From Monocercomonoides exilis PA203 (Eukaryota; Protista; Preaxostyla), in the NCBI GenBank assembly GCA_001643675.2, contig LSRY02000006.1, positions 1 through 64,000 of the forward strand: a stretch of 64,000 nucleotides of DNA, written 5' to 3'. Of this stretch, positions 21,278 to 33,499 are shown piece by piece; the first letter of the stretch is position 1; each line of letters opens with the position of its first letter. The notes beneath the pieces were generated by a model. The model did not search any database. It was not told the DNA's origin and was given only the letters and a program-made list of their open reading frames with translations. Made by a program: the position numbers and the translations under genes.

Positions 21278-24200
21278 TAGATCCAGCAAAAAACGAAGAA
21301 ATATAAAAAAAGTGAAAACGGAAACCAAATTGAGAACGAGATGAATGAACCAGCAACAAAGAATAGTTCTGCAAAAAGGAATCAAATGTTTTTGCAAAAT
21401 GAAAACATTAACGAATTTGACAAAGTTGAAAATACATATGAATTTCATTATTGTTTTTTTAATCCATATTTGAAATAGAATAACAATTACTCAAGTTGTG
21501 CTTTTCAAAATAAATACATATATTTTGATATTTATCTTCAATGACCAGTTTTATCTCATTTTCGAATTTTTTCTCTATTATTTATTTCATGTAACAAATA
21601 TAAGAATGTTATTGTATTATTTCAAAAGAAATCCTTTCAAGACATTAAAGACTTTCATTTACAAATTGAAAATGAAGCATTGAAAATTGTTGATTTGGAG
21701 GAAATGAAAATAATCAACTTTAAAAGAATATATACGAATAAATATTATTTCATTTGCTGTTTTTTCAATCTATCTTTCAAATTATTCAATAATCTTTCTT
21801 TCTTCTTTTCTCTGTTATTTCCTTTAATAATTTCTCAAATTCCGCTTTCAACTCAAATTTCGTATCCAAATATCTTCTTCCTTTCATTCAAAAAATCCTC
21901 TTTCATTTTCTCAATTTCATATCCTTTCTGAACCCTTCCTTAAAAGCTCTTTATTCTCTTTCTTTTTTATTCTTTTTTCATTCTTCTTATTCTTATTTTC
22001 ATTTATGCAAATTTCCATCGGTTGTATAATTTCTCTGTTTCTTCTTCATTTCATTCATGATCTCTGATGATGAAACAGATCATGAAGAAATTCAAAATAG
22101 ATGAAGTGAATGAAGAAAGAAGGAGACGCTATGTGAAATGTCAATGATGTATTTGAAGAAGAAGATGAAGAAGATCATGATGATGAATGGATTGAATGAG
22201 ACGATTAATTGTTGAAAATTGAGAAGATGAGAGCAAATAAATACCAATGGAGAAATTCATTGAAATTCTCTTCTTATGTTCCTTTTTCTTCTTGCAAACA
22301 ATAGCCTCTGAACATTTTTCTCTTTCAGCTCAATCCTCTTTCTCTCTCTCCAATAAAAAATACAAAGCACGCGTCAATCTCTTTTTCATTCCATCTCTTC
22401 CTTTTTCGCTTCCCTTCTTTCACAAAAAATCATCTTTCCTCAAAAATAATTCTTTGTCAAAGCCCAATGGAAGGCATCTTTGATATATCTTGAATTTCAT
22501 CTGTCTGTCTTTATTTTTTCTTCCCTGCTTTTCTCTTTCTTCTTCAAAGCGATCTAATCATTCGCTCTTTCAACATTCTTAAAACAAAATAATAATCACT
22601 TCAAAAAATAACAATATCAAACCTTCAGAACCAATTTTTAAGCCAATGTCTATATTTTATCCCGTTGGCACCTGTTTTCTTTATCAATTTCATTATTCCT
22701 TCCGTTTTCAAGTATTTCATCATCTGATTCGCAAATCATCCTTTCCAGAAGTCATTTCTCCATCAAGTGCATCGATATCTTGCTCTTCTGAAAAATGTGA
22801 AATTCATGTGTTCTGCTCAATTCCACTCTCATCTTTGAAAAATATCCTTGTTTTTCGTTAGAAATATCATCTCCAATTTCCTTCCCAATCCATTCATCCT
22901 GAACACTTTCAGTAAGCATCCGCCCTCCCAACTAGATATTTTTATGAATTTGGAAATACCATTTTTGTTCATTTTGCTCGATTTCCTTCGACTAAGTTGA
23001 AAATATTACAAAAAATCATCAAACATAAAAATACATAAATATTAAATAGAATCAAAACAAACAATCTTCATGTTTTTCAAGACCGGCACTTCCCCAGCAC
23101 TGAACACATCAATAAGTCTTCAAAAAATCAATAAATTAACTTGTTTGAAAATATTTATCCCTTGCTAAAAAAATGCGTTAATTGCAAAACACTGACAATA
23201 AAATTGAATATGTCAAGTATTGAAACAAAGAATACAAGTTAGAAATGAAAATATCGCACTAAAACTCAACTTTTATTTTTCGGATATTCAATACAGAAAT
23301 TATGGTATGATGGAATTTACAAACTTTTGATGAAGATTACAAACAAAGTAATTATGCAAATAAAAGTGATAATTATCTGATTGTTTATGGATATTTTTTT
23401 TTTAGTTTTTATTGTTAATGAAAAAAAAAAAAAAAAAAACTGACGTGAACTTTATTGAGTGACGGACGTGAAAACAAAAACTTTGATACGTCGCCCAGGC
23501 TTATGCAATATCATTTTCAATATTTAATAATGAGTAATTTGCATGAAAATTAAAAGTTTAAATCATGGATGCTTTTTGATGAAATTTTGATCATCTTCCA
23601 TACTAGATAACATTATTCTGTGAAAACAACTGCTTTGTAAATGTGATGATAATGTTTTGCTAATTAGTTGAATATTTGAGTAGTCATCTGCATGTTATTT
23701 TCCATTGCAATACGTATAACCAGTTTGAGCGATTTTATTTATGATTTTTCCTTAACATTCATTATCTGCTTTTTTTGTTTGAAAAATAGGCACTTTTGGT
23801 ATTCCTCAAATTTCAATCTGGAATATCTAGGTCATGTTTCATAATTGATCAACAACAAAAATCCATGACCTTTTGCTACAACAGCGTGCAAATTCTTTTA
23901 ATCTGGAGTGTTCGCGTGATGCAAAAATTACACCGTAGAGCAATGAAAATGCATATTTAGAATGTACAGTATGAAGTTATTTTTATGTGATTTTTCGGAG
24001 GTTGAACTATGCTTATTTTGAAAACTATTGAATTTTTATAATTTTTGACATATAATGATACGCAGACCAATTTCTACCGAAATTCTTGGGAAATTTCATG
24101 AATATTCTTGATTAAGGCAACTCAACAGTGCTTTTTAAGCGATCAAAAGAGGAAAATCATTTCAATCGTTCAGATAGGCTTATGATTTAATTTTTGATCA

Positions 24201-25462
24201 ACTCGAAAAGAACTTTGAAGCTGATATTAGTGTATTTCCCAGCACCTGCCTATCATACCGAGTTTCCTGCGATTTGTGCTTCAGCACTACAAATGTGCTT
24301 CGGTGAATTGCGACTTCTTATAATACCGTCATCTTTCAAGAAAATCTTCAAAATATCATTGCAAGAAGCTGACATCCAAGCTGAATTATGTGTGACCGAA
24401 GAAAGATGTACGAAAAGAAGATTTATAAGCATGTACAGATGCTTATGCATACATTTATTTTACAAAATTACACAATTCAGGTTACTTACATATATATCTT
24501 TACGCACATGTGCATCAGAAATTTTCTGCTTTATGTCAATGCAATTGCAGAGGATAAAAGCAGTTATCTTTACGCTCTTCTCGAAAAATATTCTATCTAT
24601 GACGGAAGTGCAACATCAAAGAAAGAAAGTTAAGCGAAGAGAAATGAGAAAGGACGAAAAAAATGATATTCATAAATTCACAACTTGACGTTTGTGAAGC
24701 AATTTTGTGATTAACCGAAGGATACTGATAGAGGAAAATGAAAATAATCTGGAAGCAATACAAAAACAGCTTTAAAGCTGTTTTTCGAATCAAACACCTG
24801 ATTCATCAGACAGAAAGGACTGTTTCAGATTGACGGAAACAATGAAGAGCAAAGAGCAATCACAAATGTAGCTAAGTCATTTGTCAAAGACGAATCAGAC
24901 ATATGAAGAATGGAAGGAAAATCCTTGTTGTGCAATTCTTTTTCAATTTAACATATTTTGATGATTACATGAAAATTGCAATTTCTTCATTTGAAGCATT
25001 CCACTTTTCATCTCACTTAAGTGCAAGTTTATTAAATTAAATAAGAAAGCTTCTTCATCATTTCATTCGACTTTATCTCGTATATCATACATCTTTTCTT
25101 TCTATTCTTCTATTCTTTGGAATCACATGGAATTTGGGAAAACAAGAAAAGAAGCCGAAGAACACAATATTTCTCAAAAGTCCAAAGCGAGAATGCTGAG
25201 ATGATGAATGTACTTTACCATATTGATTGCATTTACATGAAATTACTGAATGCGCAAATCATTTGAAGAAGATTATCTTGGAAATAAAAATAGAAAATTT
25301 TTTTCTCATTATTTTTTGTTTCTTCATTTCATTTTGAAGAATTGCGGTTAAAATACAATTTTTTTTATGATTATATCTAAAAGGACTTTTTGATTTTGTG
25401 AAATGAAGAAAAAAAGGAAAAGCATTATTTTTGAGCTGCAAAATTTAAATCATTTCATTTCC

Positions 25463-26793
25463 TTAAGCATTCAAAAAATAATAAGAAATAATTATTGAAA
25501 AATTGTGATAATATTTTCTTTTAAAAAAATCAAATGTTTCAAAAAAACATGTGATCTTATCTTCATATCCTTCTTCTTCCATCTTTTCAAGCACTTTCCT
25601 TTTCAACTCTTTTCTTTTCACTTTTTCCATTTCATATATCCCCTTTCCTTTCAATCTACAAAAAAACGATATAAAAAACATCAATCCATTAAATGTCATT
25701 TCATCATCCAATGTTGGTAGCTGCATCCCCTCAAAAACAGAATCAACAGCTCCTCCTTTCAGCAAGTCTTCAACGTTCACCAAAATATATTCTGCTGCAT
25801 TTCTCAAGGAATAAATGCACCGGCCGCTAATTTCTCTGTGATTATCCTTCGCTGCTCTGAATATACAGGAAATGCTGCTTAAAATCTTTACAAAATCTTC
25901 ATTCCTCAATAGACTATTGTCAAAATGAAAATCTATCGTTTTGAGCCATCTCTTTAAAACAAGCTCATCTTCAGTTTCTTTTTCTCTTTCTTCTTCTTTT
26001 CTCTTCCAATCCACACTTTTTGTCAGTTCTTCCAGTTCTCTTGTTGCTTCTCTCACAAAATGCAGTTCATTCACAATCACTTCTTCCAAGCTATCGACTT
26101 TGGTAAATCCATAAATCAAAATACCCCAAGCAGACTGATAGGCAAGTCGTGTCAGATTCTGATGTTCCTGATGATATTTAATAATATCTGTTATCTCATT
26201 CAAATACAGCTTTTCCTATGTAAAAAAATGAGGAAAATGTAATTCAACATTATCAAAATGGAAAAATGTTCTCAAACCCAAAATCCAATATTGCCCAAAG
26301 CCAGCAACGCTATTTCCACTTCCTTCTGAGCTTCTTCGGTCTCGTCTTTCTTCGATGCAACTTTCAGAAGGCAAGGCACAATGATTGAATCCATTTCAGA
26401 TGAAGGCCATCTGTTCAACAACAAATAGCTTTCACAGAGATCTGTAAGAATTTTTTCGTTCACTTCCTTTTTCTTCTCATTTTCATCAATTATCATCTCT
26501 TTCATTCTTTTGCTCAATAATGAATAATCAAAAGAATTTAAGAAAATTAGTTTCAGCACTTTGTTGTATCCAACATGCTTCAACAGCAAGATTGCATTTC
26601 CCCATGACAATGTCTTTTTCTCAATCATTTGGTGAATGTTATCGTATCGTTCTTTTGTGAAAATGGATCTGATTTCATAATCGTTCATTTCATCAACTAT
26701 TTCGTTCATTTCTTCAATTTTCTGTTTCTGTTCATCTTCTCTGCAATCTTCCAGATCAGAAAAAAATTCTACAAATATTTGCTTCAAAACCAT
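25463..26793 (-). CDS. Lineage-specific helical hypothetical protein (large oxymonad multigene-family type), two exons
   Basis: ORFs 26272-26793 and 25463-26203 are joined by a 62-nt GT..AG intron (26277-26216), giving ...GNIGFW|EKLYLNEITDIIKYHQEH... The family resemblance is from recall, not from a search. Confidence 0.8.
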
Positions 26794-27470
26794 TTTGCTT
26801 TTGAAATAAAAAATAACTCAAACTTGAAAAGATTTCCATCACTCCAGTCTTTCGTTTTCATAAAATAAAATAAAATAAATATAATGCAAAAAACCCGTGG
26901 ATAGTCTCTCAATAACAGTTCCAAATAGAATTCAAATTATTTCAATATGGGAAAAATGATTGTTCACAAGATATTATATCCATTTTCAGTGAAGCATCAT
27001 GAAAAAACAACAAACAATCATGAATTGAAAAATATTGATATTGTTATGTTTTTGCAATGGTCAATGAAGCTGAAAAAATCTTTGAAATTTGAAGCATAAA
27101 AATAACAAAATAAAAAGAATCTGAAAAAGAACAGAAATATTTCTTTAGGAATGTGAAGAGCCGTGAGTGAGATGAATGGACCTTCTGGTTGAAGAGATGA
27201 ATTATTATAAAATGGTGTAATTATGAGAAGAAATGCTGCAATATTCTGAAATGTGAATAATACAAAGCAATGATTGTGAAAGTGAAGGAGAAATTAAAAG
27301 AAAAGAATGAACATTGACCAAACTGAAATAAAGAAGACCACAAAGAGAGAAAAAACAGCTTGTGCATTTGAAGATGTAAAGAAAAAGAATACAGCCAGAA
27401 TAAGAAGGAAAATGAAAACTTTGTTTTCATGCCTATTCAAAAAGAAGTGAAGGATTGTGGTCATTTTTTC

Positions 27471-27545
27471 CCTTTTCTTTTCTTTTCTTTTCTTTTCTTT
27501 TCTTTACTTTACTTTTTCTTTCTTTCTTTCCTTCTTTCTTTCTTT
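27471..27545. repeat. (TTTTC)n/(TTTC)n microsatellite
   Basis: Directly visible pyrimidine simple repeat. Confidence 0.8.
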
Positions 27546-29409
27546 GCTTCAATCACAAATGTATCCTAAACATCTATAAATGAAAGTGAAATGTTATTTT
27601 CTTCTTACAAGACCAAGCATTCATTGGTTTTCATTTAAACATCAAAATCATTTCAGTTGCATTCAAAAGCAAAAAGCGGAAATTAAGCTACCGTTCAAAC
27701 AGAAGCTCAGCCAAATTGGTAAAAGTTGTTTCACCAGCTTTTCTTCTTCTTATTCCAGGTATGTTGCTGAACGTCCTTCTCTTCTTTTTACGTTCTCAAC
27801 TTGGTGATTAAATGCCATCTGGGCAAAGTCTTTTCTTGTCGATATAATCTTCCTTTTCTTCTTAGATTCATTCATCGATGCATTTCAAAAACGTTTTCAT
27901 TTTCATCACATTCTAATCCCTTTGAATTCATCATGAGACAATTCATATCTACTCAACTTTGAAGAACACAAAAGGCATATTCATTCTAAAACAGAATCAC
28001 AGCTGAAATTATGTGAAAACGAAAACGATTAAATTTAAAGAAGAGAAAAGCAGGATTGAAGGAGCACAACCCATAAAGTTCGAAACCAACTTTTCATATG
28101 GAAGTTGAAGCATGCTCAGAAATTAGAAAGAACATGGAAGGAACGGATATTTGTAATTGATGGCTTTGGGGATGGACTTTTTCAGATTCCACAATGGGAC
28201 CCTACTTCAAAAAATAATGGAAGATGAAAAAGAAGATGAGCGAAAGATTAATAAAAAGAATATCTTGAGAACAAGAAATTGCGCATTTATAGTGAAAACG
28301 AATGATATTTCTGCCTAACAACGCGTTTATTGATGAATGAATGATTTGGATTCTCAATTCATTGAATAATAAAATCAAAAAATATAATGTCAAAGAATTT
28401 TTTACAAAAATTCTTAAACATTGCTTGCTATTTTCTAATCAAATCTCTTCTCTCAATAAATAACGAAAATGATAGAAAACAATCGAAGAATTCAATATAC
28501 AAACTTTTTTTGCTTGATAAAATTTATTAGAAAGAATAGAAAACATCAATTTGCTTCTGTAAATGGGTATTATTGAATGAGATGAAATGGAAAAACTGTT
28601 TCGTTTCCGATAATTTTTCAGTGACAACAATTATTTGATGACATTTGAAATGAAAGAGGAGAATCAAGTTTTGATGATTCAATCAAGATCTCATTTTTAA
28701 TTTTTGAAAGTCGTTCATATAATGTGGTTTCAGCAGCGCGAATAAGTTTCAACAAATCTTAAAAAAATGTTAAATGTGGAAATAATTTAACTTTTTTGAG
28801 CAAAGCAAATGAAAGTTTCGCTATATTCACAAGCACTCCTTTTTCTGGTAACAATTGATACAGACTTCAAAGCTGTAACAAAAATCTTGAAGAAATGTTC
28901 AACTGCAATTTAATATTCAGAGATATTATTCAAAGTTTAACACACAAAAAATCAGATTATTCTTTACAACATATATTACAAAGCAAAAACATTTCCCCTC
29001 CTCTACTCTGAAACCTTTGATTATCAAAAAGAACGAATAAAGATTTTCAAAGAAAAAAAAAATTGATAAAGATAAGAGTGAAGATTCGTAAAAATTACTC
29101 AAGTCAACTTCAACACTTTGGCATAAATAAAAAAAGTTCTCTTTTAATGAACGAAAATTTGCAAAATTTTCATAAGAAAAAGACGGAATAAAAAAAGGAT
29201 AACAACATATTATTGTCTTAAAAAACTGTACAAAACAAAACGAAAACAAAAACAAAATTGACTGAAATAAAAAGATTAAAGAATTAAGAAAAATTCTTTA
29301 AATATTCTTTTCAAGAAAAAATCTTCTCTGACTTCAGTCAATGGTGTGAATGATCTGACTAAAATATGAAGCGCATCAATTTCTTCAATAAAAAAATAAA
29401 GAAATTCGT

Positions 29410-32400
29410 TCACTTTTCCAAATCTGTGATTGTATTATAATGCCTGCGCTTCTTGTTTCTTACAACATATACGACAGCCATCACAGTGATCAAAACTGTT
29501 ATTGCAAATGTACTAACAGAAACAATGATTATTGTCAATTGTGTAGATGTTAGCTTCGAATTATTTTTCTTCGGCTTTAGTATCTTATTTTCTGAGTATC
29601 TCTTCTCAGCATCATCAATGCCAGCTGGAAACGATAAACGACAAATCACTGATGAGGATTCGTCCTCATCAAATAAAGAACGAGGAACTTTAACTTTCAT
29701 TTCCGTTTCGTTGACATATTCAAAAATTGGGCATTCAATCCAATTCGAGTCTTGCCCTTTGCTCTCTTTCATAGCTTCAAATGCGATTCCACAAGGAAAT
29801 AGATAAGATCCACGAACAACAACCGTAAAGGTGCCGTCATCTTCTTCCATCATTTCTCCACCTTGCTTTTCCTTTGACGCTCTATTTTCCTCTTTTATCA
29901 ACGAAGTATTCTTTATAAAAGGGATAAAGAAAGAAGAATCCATATCCGCTGCTGCATCTCCTTTTACAATTGTATCGCTGAGCATCCCAAATGGCTTCCC
30001 ATTCAACCCGTCGCTTCCTTCTGCTAAAGAATAAATATAAGCATTCCGATTGTCAGTTTTTCCAAAAAAGTGAATATTGTGCCGCAGTGAAGGAAACTTT
30101 TCCCAATTCTCGCCAACGGGATGATTGTCTGTAAAGCTACAGTTATTAAATATAAGCCCAGAAGAGATGGAAACAATAACTCCTTCGCTGATGTTAACAA
30201 ATGAACTATCTTCAATCATCACTTCATACATCCCATTCAAAGAAATCAGTCCAGAATCCCACATACACAACGGCTTGTAATCCTCATTTTGCTCGTTTTC
30301 CTGCTGGTCATCTGAAAAATCATCGTAATTCCTAAAGTTTTTCCCTGACATTTTCCCTTCTCCGAGATGTTTTTCTTCTGTTAAATTTCCATTTCTTCCA
30401 TAAACAACCAATTGATTTATTTCACATCTATATCTTTCATGAACAATCAGTTTGTAAGGTAGCTGCTTTCCTTCTCCTCCTTGGACATTTTCCCCTTTCA
30501 GTCCAGTGTACCATGGCCTAAAAACAACATCAATAATCTGCAGATAATCTCTTCCGTAAAACAAATCTATGGCGTCTCCTTCAACAGCATCAGGATATTC
30601 AATGTCAACATGCTTCAAGCTGATTTCGTTATTAGTCATATCAAACACTGCAATCTCACCTAATGATCCAATTTGTGCTCCAATTTGAAGAATTCCACGA
30701 TTTGGCTCTTTTAAAGAAGAAGAAAACGAAAAAATATCAGATGCTGATGTTAATGAAACAGAAAATTTGCACAAAAAGGGTTCGTCCACAGTTACTCTTC
30801 CAATAATCAGCATTTTCAATTCATCATTCATTATTCTATGCTGTTTCCCAGTTCTGATCAGATCGCATGGTTCATCCTTTCTTCCACAACTCTTTTTACT
30901 GTTTGCGCTTTCTCCTCCAATAAAAATCCTGCTCGAATGGTACGGTAGCCTGTACGCTTCATCCACCATGAGATCGATAATACTCACCTCCCCGCCTTTC
31001 CTTTCTTCTAACAGCATTAAATTCCCCTTTCCAAACATATCCTCCATTTCGAACACAAACATGTCTTCATCAAGCTGCTTAATTCCTGCTGGCAAAGAAA
31101 TATAAATGAGTTTACCTTTATCAGCGTTGCACTCTGTAAATATCACGTCATTCAATTGAAGCTTCAGCAATCCTGTCATTTCGTCAGCAACTTGAATGTA
31201 CATGGCTCCTCCTTTTGATTCTTCATTCCGAAAAGAATTCAAATATTCGCCTTGACACGAACAGTTATTGAATGATAAATCATCAAATAATATGTCATGT
31301 TCGCTAGTTCCAATTTCCATATACAAGACTCCTCCCAATCCATGTTTCGTTGAATGGCAATCATCAAATTCCAAACATTCACATGTTATTGATTGACACC
31401 CTTTCAAAACTGTGAAAATGGATTGTGTTTTGCTTGTAGTTACAGTTGACATAACTGATAAATACATAAGCAACAAGTTTTTTGAATCATCTGTAAGTAT
31501 CAGCGCAAAAGAAGAAATAAATGAGCGAATGCTAACATCAATTAGTTTTAACTCTCCAAACCTAATTTTCAGCAAAACACAGTTCAATGCTTGCTTTGTA
31601 TCTGTTGGAGTAATGTTAACTCGATTGAAATCTATTATCACGTTTTCTCCGTCTCCAATGACCAATCCACAATCCCGGCCGCTCGTTTGCGTAGAATCTA
31701 TTTTAACATTTGCTCCGCTAAGTTGTAATTTCCCTTTGTGCTTCACGTTGAAAAGTCCTTCACCAGGAAGTACCTTCGTTTCATCCAAATTTGTCATAAT
31801 GGAGATTTCTCTGTTACCCCTGCTCGAAATTTTAATTTGGAGATTTTCAACTGTTATTGGCTCTGTGTCATGATCGTTGCAATTTTTGGTTGAGTAAATG
31901 TGAAATAATCTCCCAGGAAGGCAGTTCTCAATCGCCTTTTTAATCGTTTTGCATGGTTTATTCCCTTCTTTGCCGCATTCGACGTTGTCAGATCCATTGA
32001 CAGAGTCCACATCCACTTCGAAGGAGTTGTATTTCAGCCAATCGTCATGAATAGTTGATATGTTGTTTTGCTTTTTCACCACAACTCGCTCTTTCTTCGT
32101 TGAGCTCATACAAGCCGCATCAAAAGGACTCTTGTTCATCTCGAAATCCCCCTTGCAGCTAAACATCACATCATTTGCGAGAATAGTTACCTCGTTTGTC
32201 GCAAAGAAACAATCCCTAAAAAAAATTCCATCACCTTTAAAATCCTCTTCATCCAAGGAAAAATAAACTCCTCCCCCGGATTGCGCTTTGCATCTTTCAA
32301 ACGATACATTAACACACTCAAATCCTGTCATCTGCGTCAGGTCATTTATCAGCAGTCCTCCTCCATCAGCAGCAGCCTCACAGTCAAAAAACATCACACT

Positions 32401-33447
32401 TTCCAGCTTCACTGTCCCTTTCATCGCACCAATCATCATTCCCCCTCCTTTTGCAGCCTTCCCAGAGGTGAATGTTGTGTCAAGGATATTCAACTCGCTG
32501 TCTGAATGCATCATCTCAAAATAAAAGCAGCCACCTTTTTCTGACAAAAGCGATTGTGAAGAAATTGAACATTTTGAAATAGTAATATCCACTCTTTTAT
32601 TTGCCTCGCTTTTAGCTTCAAGTAATGCAGGACCAGCAGTTATTCTTTCGACAGAACTTGTGTGACTTCCTTCCAGTGTAAATGATGATGGAAGTTCCAA
32701 AGCACATTCTTTGCTCAATGTAACTTTTCCAAATTCGAAGCCTCTCAATTTTTGTAAAGTGACATCTTCAGAAATATGCAAAATTGGTCCATTAGAATAA
32801 TAGGAATTTGAAAACAATTCCATATCAAATCCGTCAATTGATACTTTTCCTTCCAGAACATTCAAAATCGAAAAACGGACAAAATTATCATTCCATTTGT
32901 CAATTTTAATGTTACAATCTCTGATTGAAAGATCCCCGTGAACGCTTTTCGAAAGGATAACTGCCTGTGCTTCATCTTCAGAATCGATTGGTCGTTCACT
33001 TTTAAATGGAATAAGATTAAATGCCAAACGCTCCAGTTTTAAGATTTTCTCATTTATCATGTGAAAATGTCCATTTTCTGTAAGATCTTTTAAATCAAAA
33101 ATGAGTGTTCCTCTGGTATTTCCATTTGATACTGACGCCATCGTTAAACAGAAATCTTTATTAAATAAAAAGTCATAATCAATCTTGGCAAAATTTTTAA
33201 TCTTTAAAGTTTTATCCCCGCGATTATCTCCAAGTCTTTCAATTCCTTTCGCAACCGATTTGCACGGTTCTGCTTCAATTCCACAGTCAGGGTTAGAATC
33301 GTTCCCTCTTTCAGAAATATAAATAATTGTGATTGGTGTTTCTCGCGCACTTCCTCCTTCAGTGATTGAATTTCTTTCCGATAAACTTTGACGTTTGCTG
33401 TAAAAGCACGTTACTTCGCAAGCAAGTGCGACAAGTACTGCAATCAT
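29410..33447 (-). CDS. Type I membrane surface protein with pectin-lyase-like beta-helix repeats, 1345 aa
   Basis: N-terminal hydrophobic signal, GG(A/G)xx and F..C.A repeats, three CG....PC modules, C-terminal TM helix (IIIVSVSTFAITVLITVMAVVYVV) followed by RNKKRR and a short tail. Confidence 0.85.
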   Translation of the reverse strand: MIAVLVALACEVTCFYSKRQSLSERNSITEGGSARETPITIIYISERGNDSNPDCGIEAEPCKSVAKGIERLGDNRGDKTLKIKNFAKIDYDFLFNKDFCLTMASVSNGNTRGTLIFDLKDLTENGHFHMINEKILKLERLAFNLIPFKSERPIDSEDEAQAVILSKSVHGDLSIRDCNIKIDKWNDNFVRFSILNVLEGKVSIDGFDMELFSNSYYSNGPILHISEDVTLQKLRGFEFGKVTLSKECALELPSSFTLEGSHTSSVERITAGPALLEAKSEANKRVDITISKCSISSQSLLSEKGGCFYFEMMHSDSELNILDTTFTSGKAAKGGGMMIGAMKGTVKLESVMFFDCEAAADGGGLLINDLTQMTGFECVNVSFERCKAQSGGGVYFSLDEEDFKGDGIFFRDCFFATNEVTILANDVMFSCKGDFEMNKSPFDAACMSSTKKERVVVKKQNNISTIHDDWLKYNSFEVDVDSVNGSDNVECGKEGNKPCKTIKKAIENCLPGRLFHIYSTKNCNDHDTEPITVENLQIKISSRGNREISIMTNLDETKVLPGEGLFNVKHKGKLQLSGANVKIDSTQTSGRDCGLVIGDGENVIIDFNRVNITPTDTKQALNCVLLKIRFGELKLIDVSIRSFISSFALILTDDSKNLLLMYLSVMSTVTTSKTQSIFTVLKGCQSITCECLEFDDCHSTKHGLGGVLYMEIGTSEHDILFDDLSFNNCSCQGEYLNSFRNEESKGGAMYIQVADEMTGLLKLQLNDVIFTECNADKGKLIYISLPAGIKQLDEDMFVFEMEDMFGKGNLMLLEERKGGEVSIIDLMVDEAYRLPYHSSRIFIGGESANSKKSCGRKDEPCDLIRTGKQHRIMNDELKMLIIGRVTVDEPFLCKFSVSLTSASDIFSFSSSLKEPNRGILQIGAQIGSLGEIAVFDMTNNEISLKHVDIEYPDAVEGDAIDLFYGRDYLQIIDVVFRPWYTGLKGENVQGGEGKQLPYKLIVHERYRCEINQLVVYGRNGNLTEEKHLGEGKMSGKNFRNYDDFSDDQQENEQNEDYKPLCMWDSGLISLNGMYEVMIEDSSFVNISEGVIVSISSGLIFNNCSFTDNHPVGENWEKFPSLRHNIHFFGKTDNRNAYIYSLAEGSDGLNGKPFGMLSDTIVKGDAAADMDSSFFIPFIKNTSLIKEENRASKEKQGGEMMEEDDGTFTVVVRGSYLFPCGIAFEAMKESKGQDSNWIECPIFEYVNETEMKVKVPRSLFDEDESSSVICRLSFPAGIDDAEKRYSENKILKPKKNNSKLTSTQLTIIIVSVSTFAITVLITVMAVVYVVRNKKRRHYNTITDLEK

Positions 33448-33499
33448 TTTTTCAAAAGAAAATATTTGGCTTCTATATTTTGCAAATTAATAATATATA

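Larger units (their letters stand above)
15902..23503 (+). mobile_element. Complete hAT-superfamily DNA transposon (7602 bp)
   Basis: TIRs TAAGCCTGGGTGAC (15902-15915) and GTCGCCCAGGCTTA (23490-23503) match at 13 of 14 positions. Perfect 8-bp TSD TGCAATAT at 15894-15901 and 23504-23511. Subterminal TGAC(G) repeats and an internal transposase are present. Confidence 0.96.

Noticed and set aside
23900-24900. ORFs 24194-24688 and 24388-24633
   Set aside because: No recognisable domain or consistent exon structure; possibly a remnant but unsupported.
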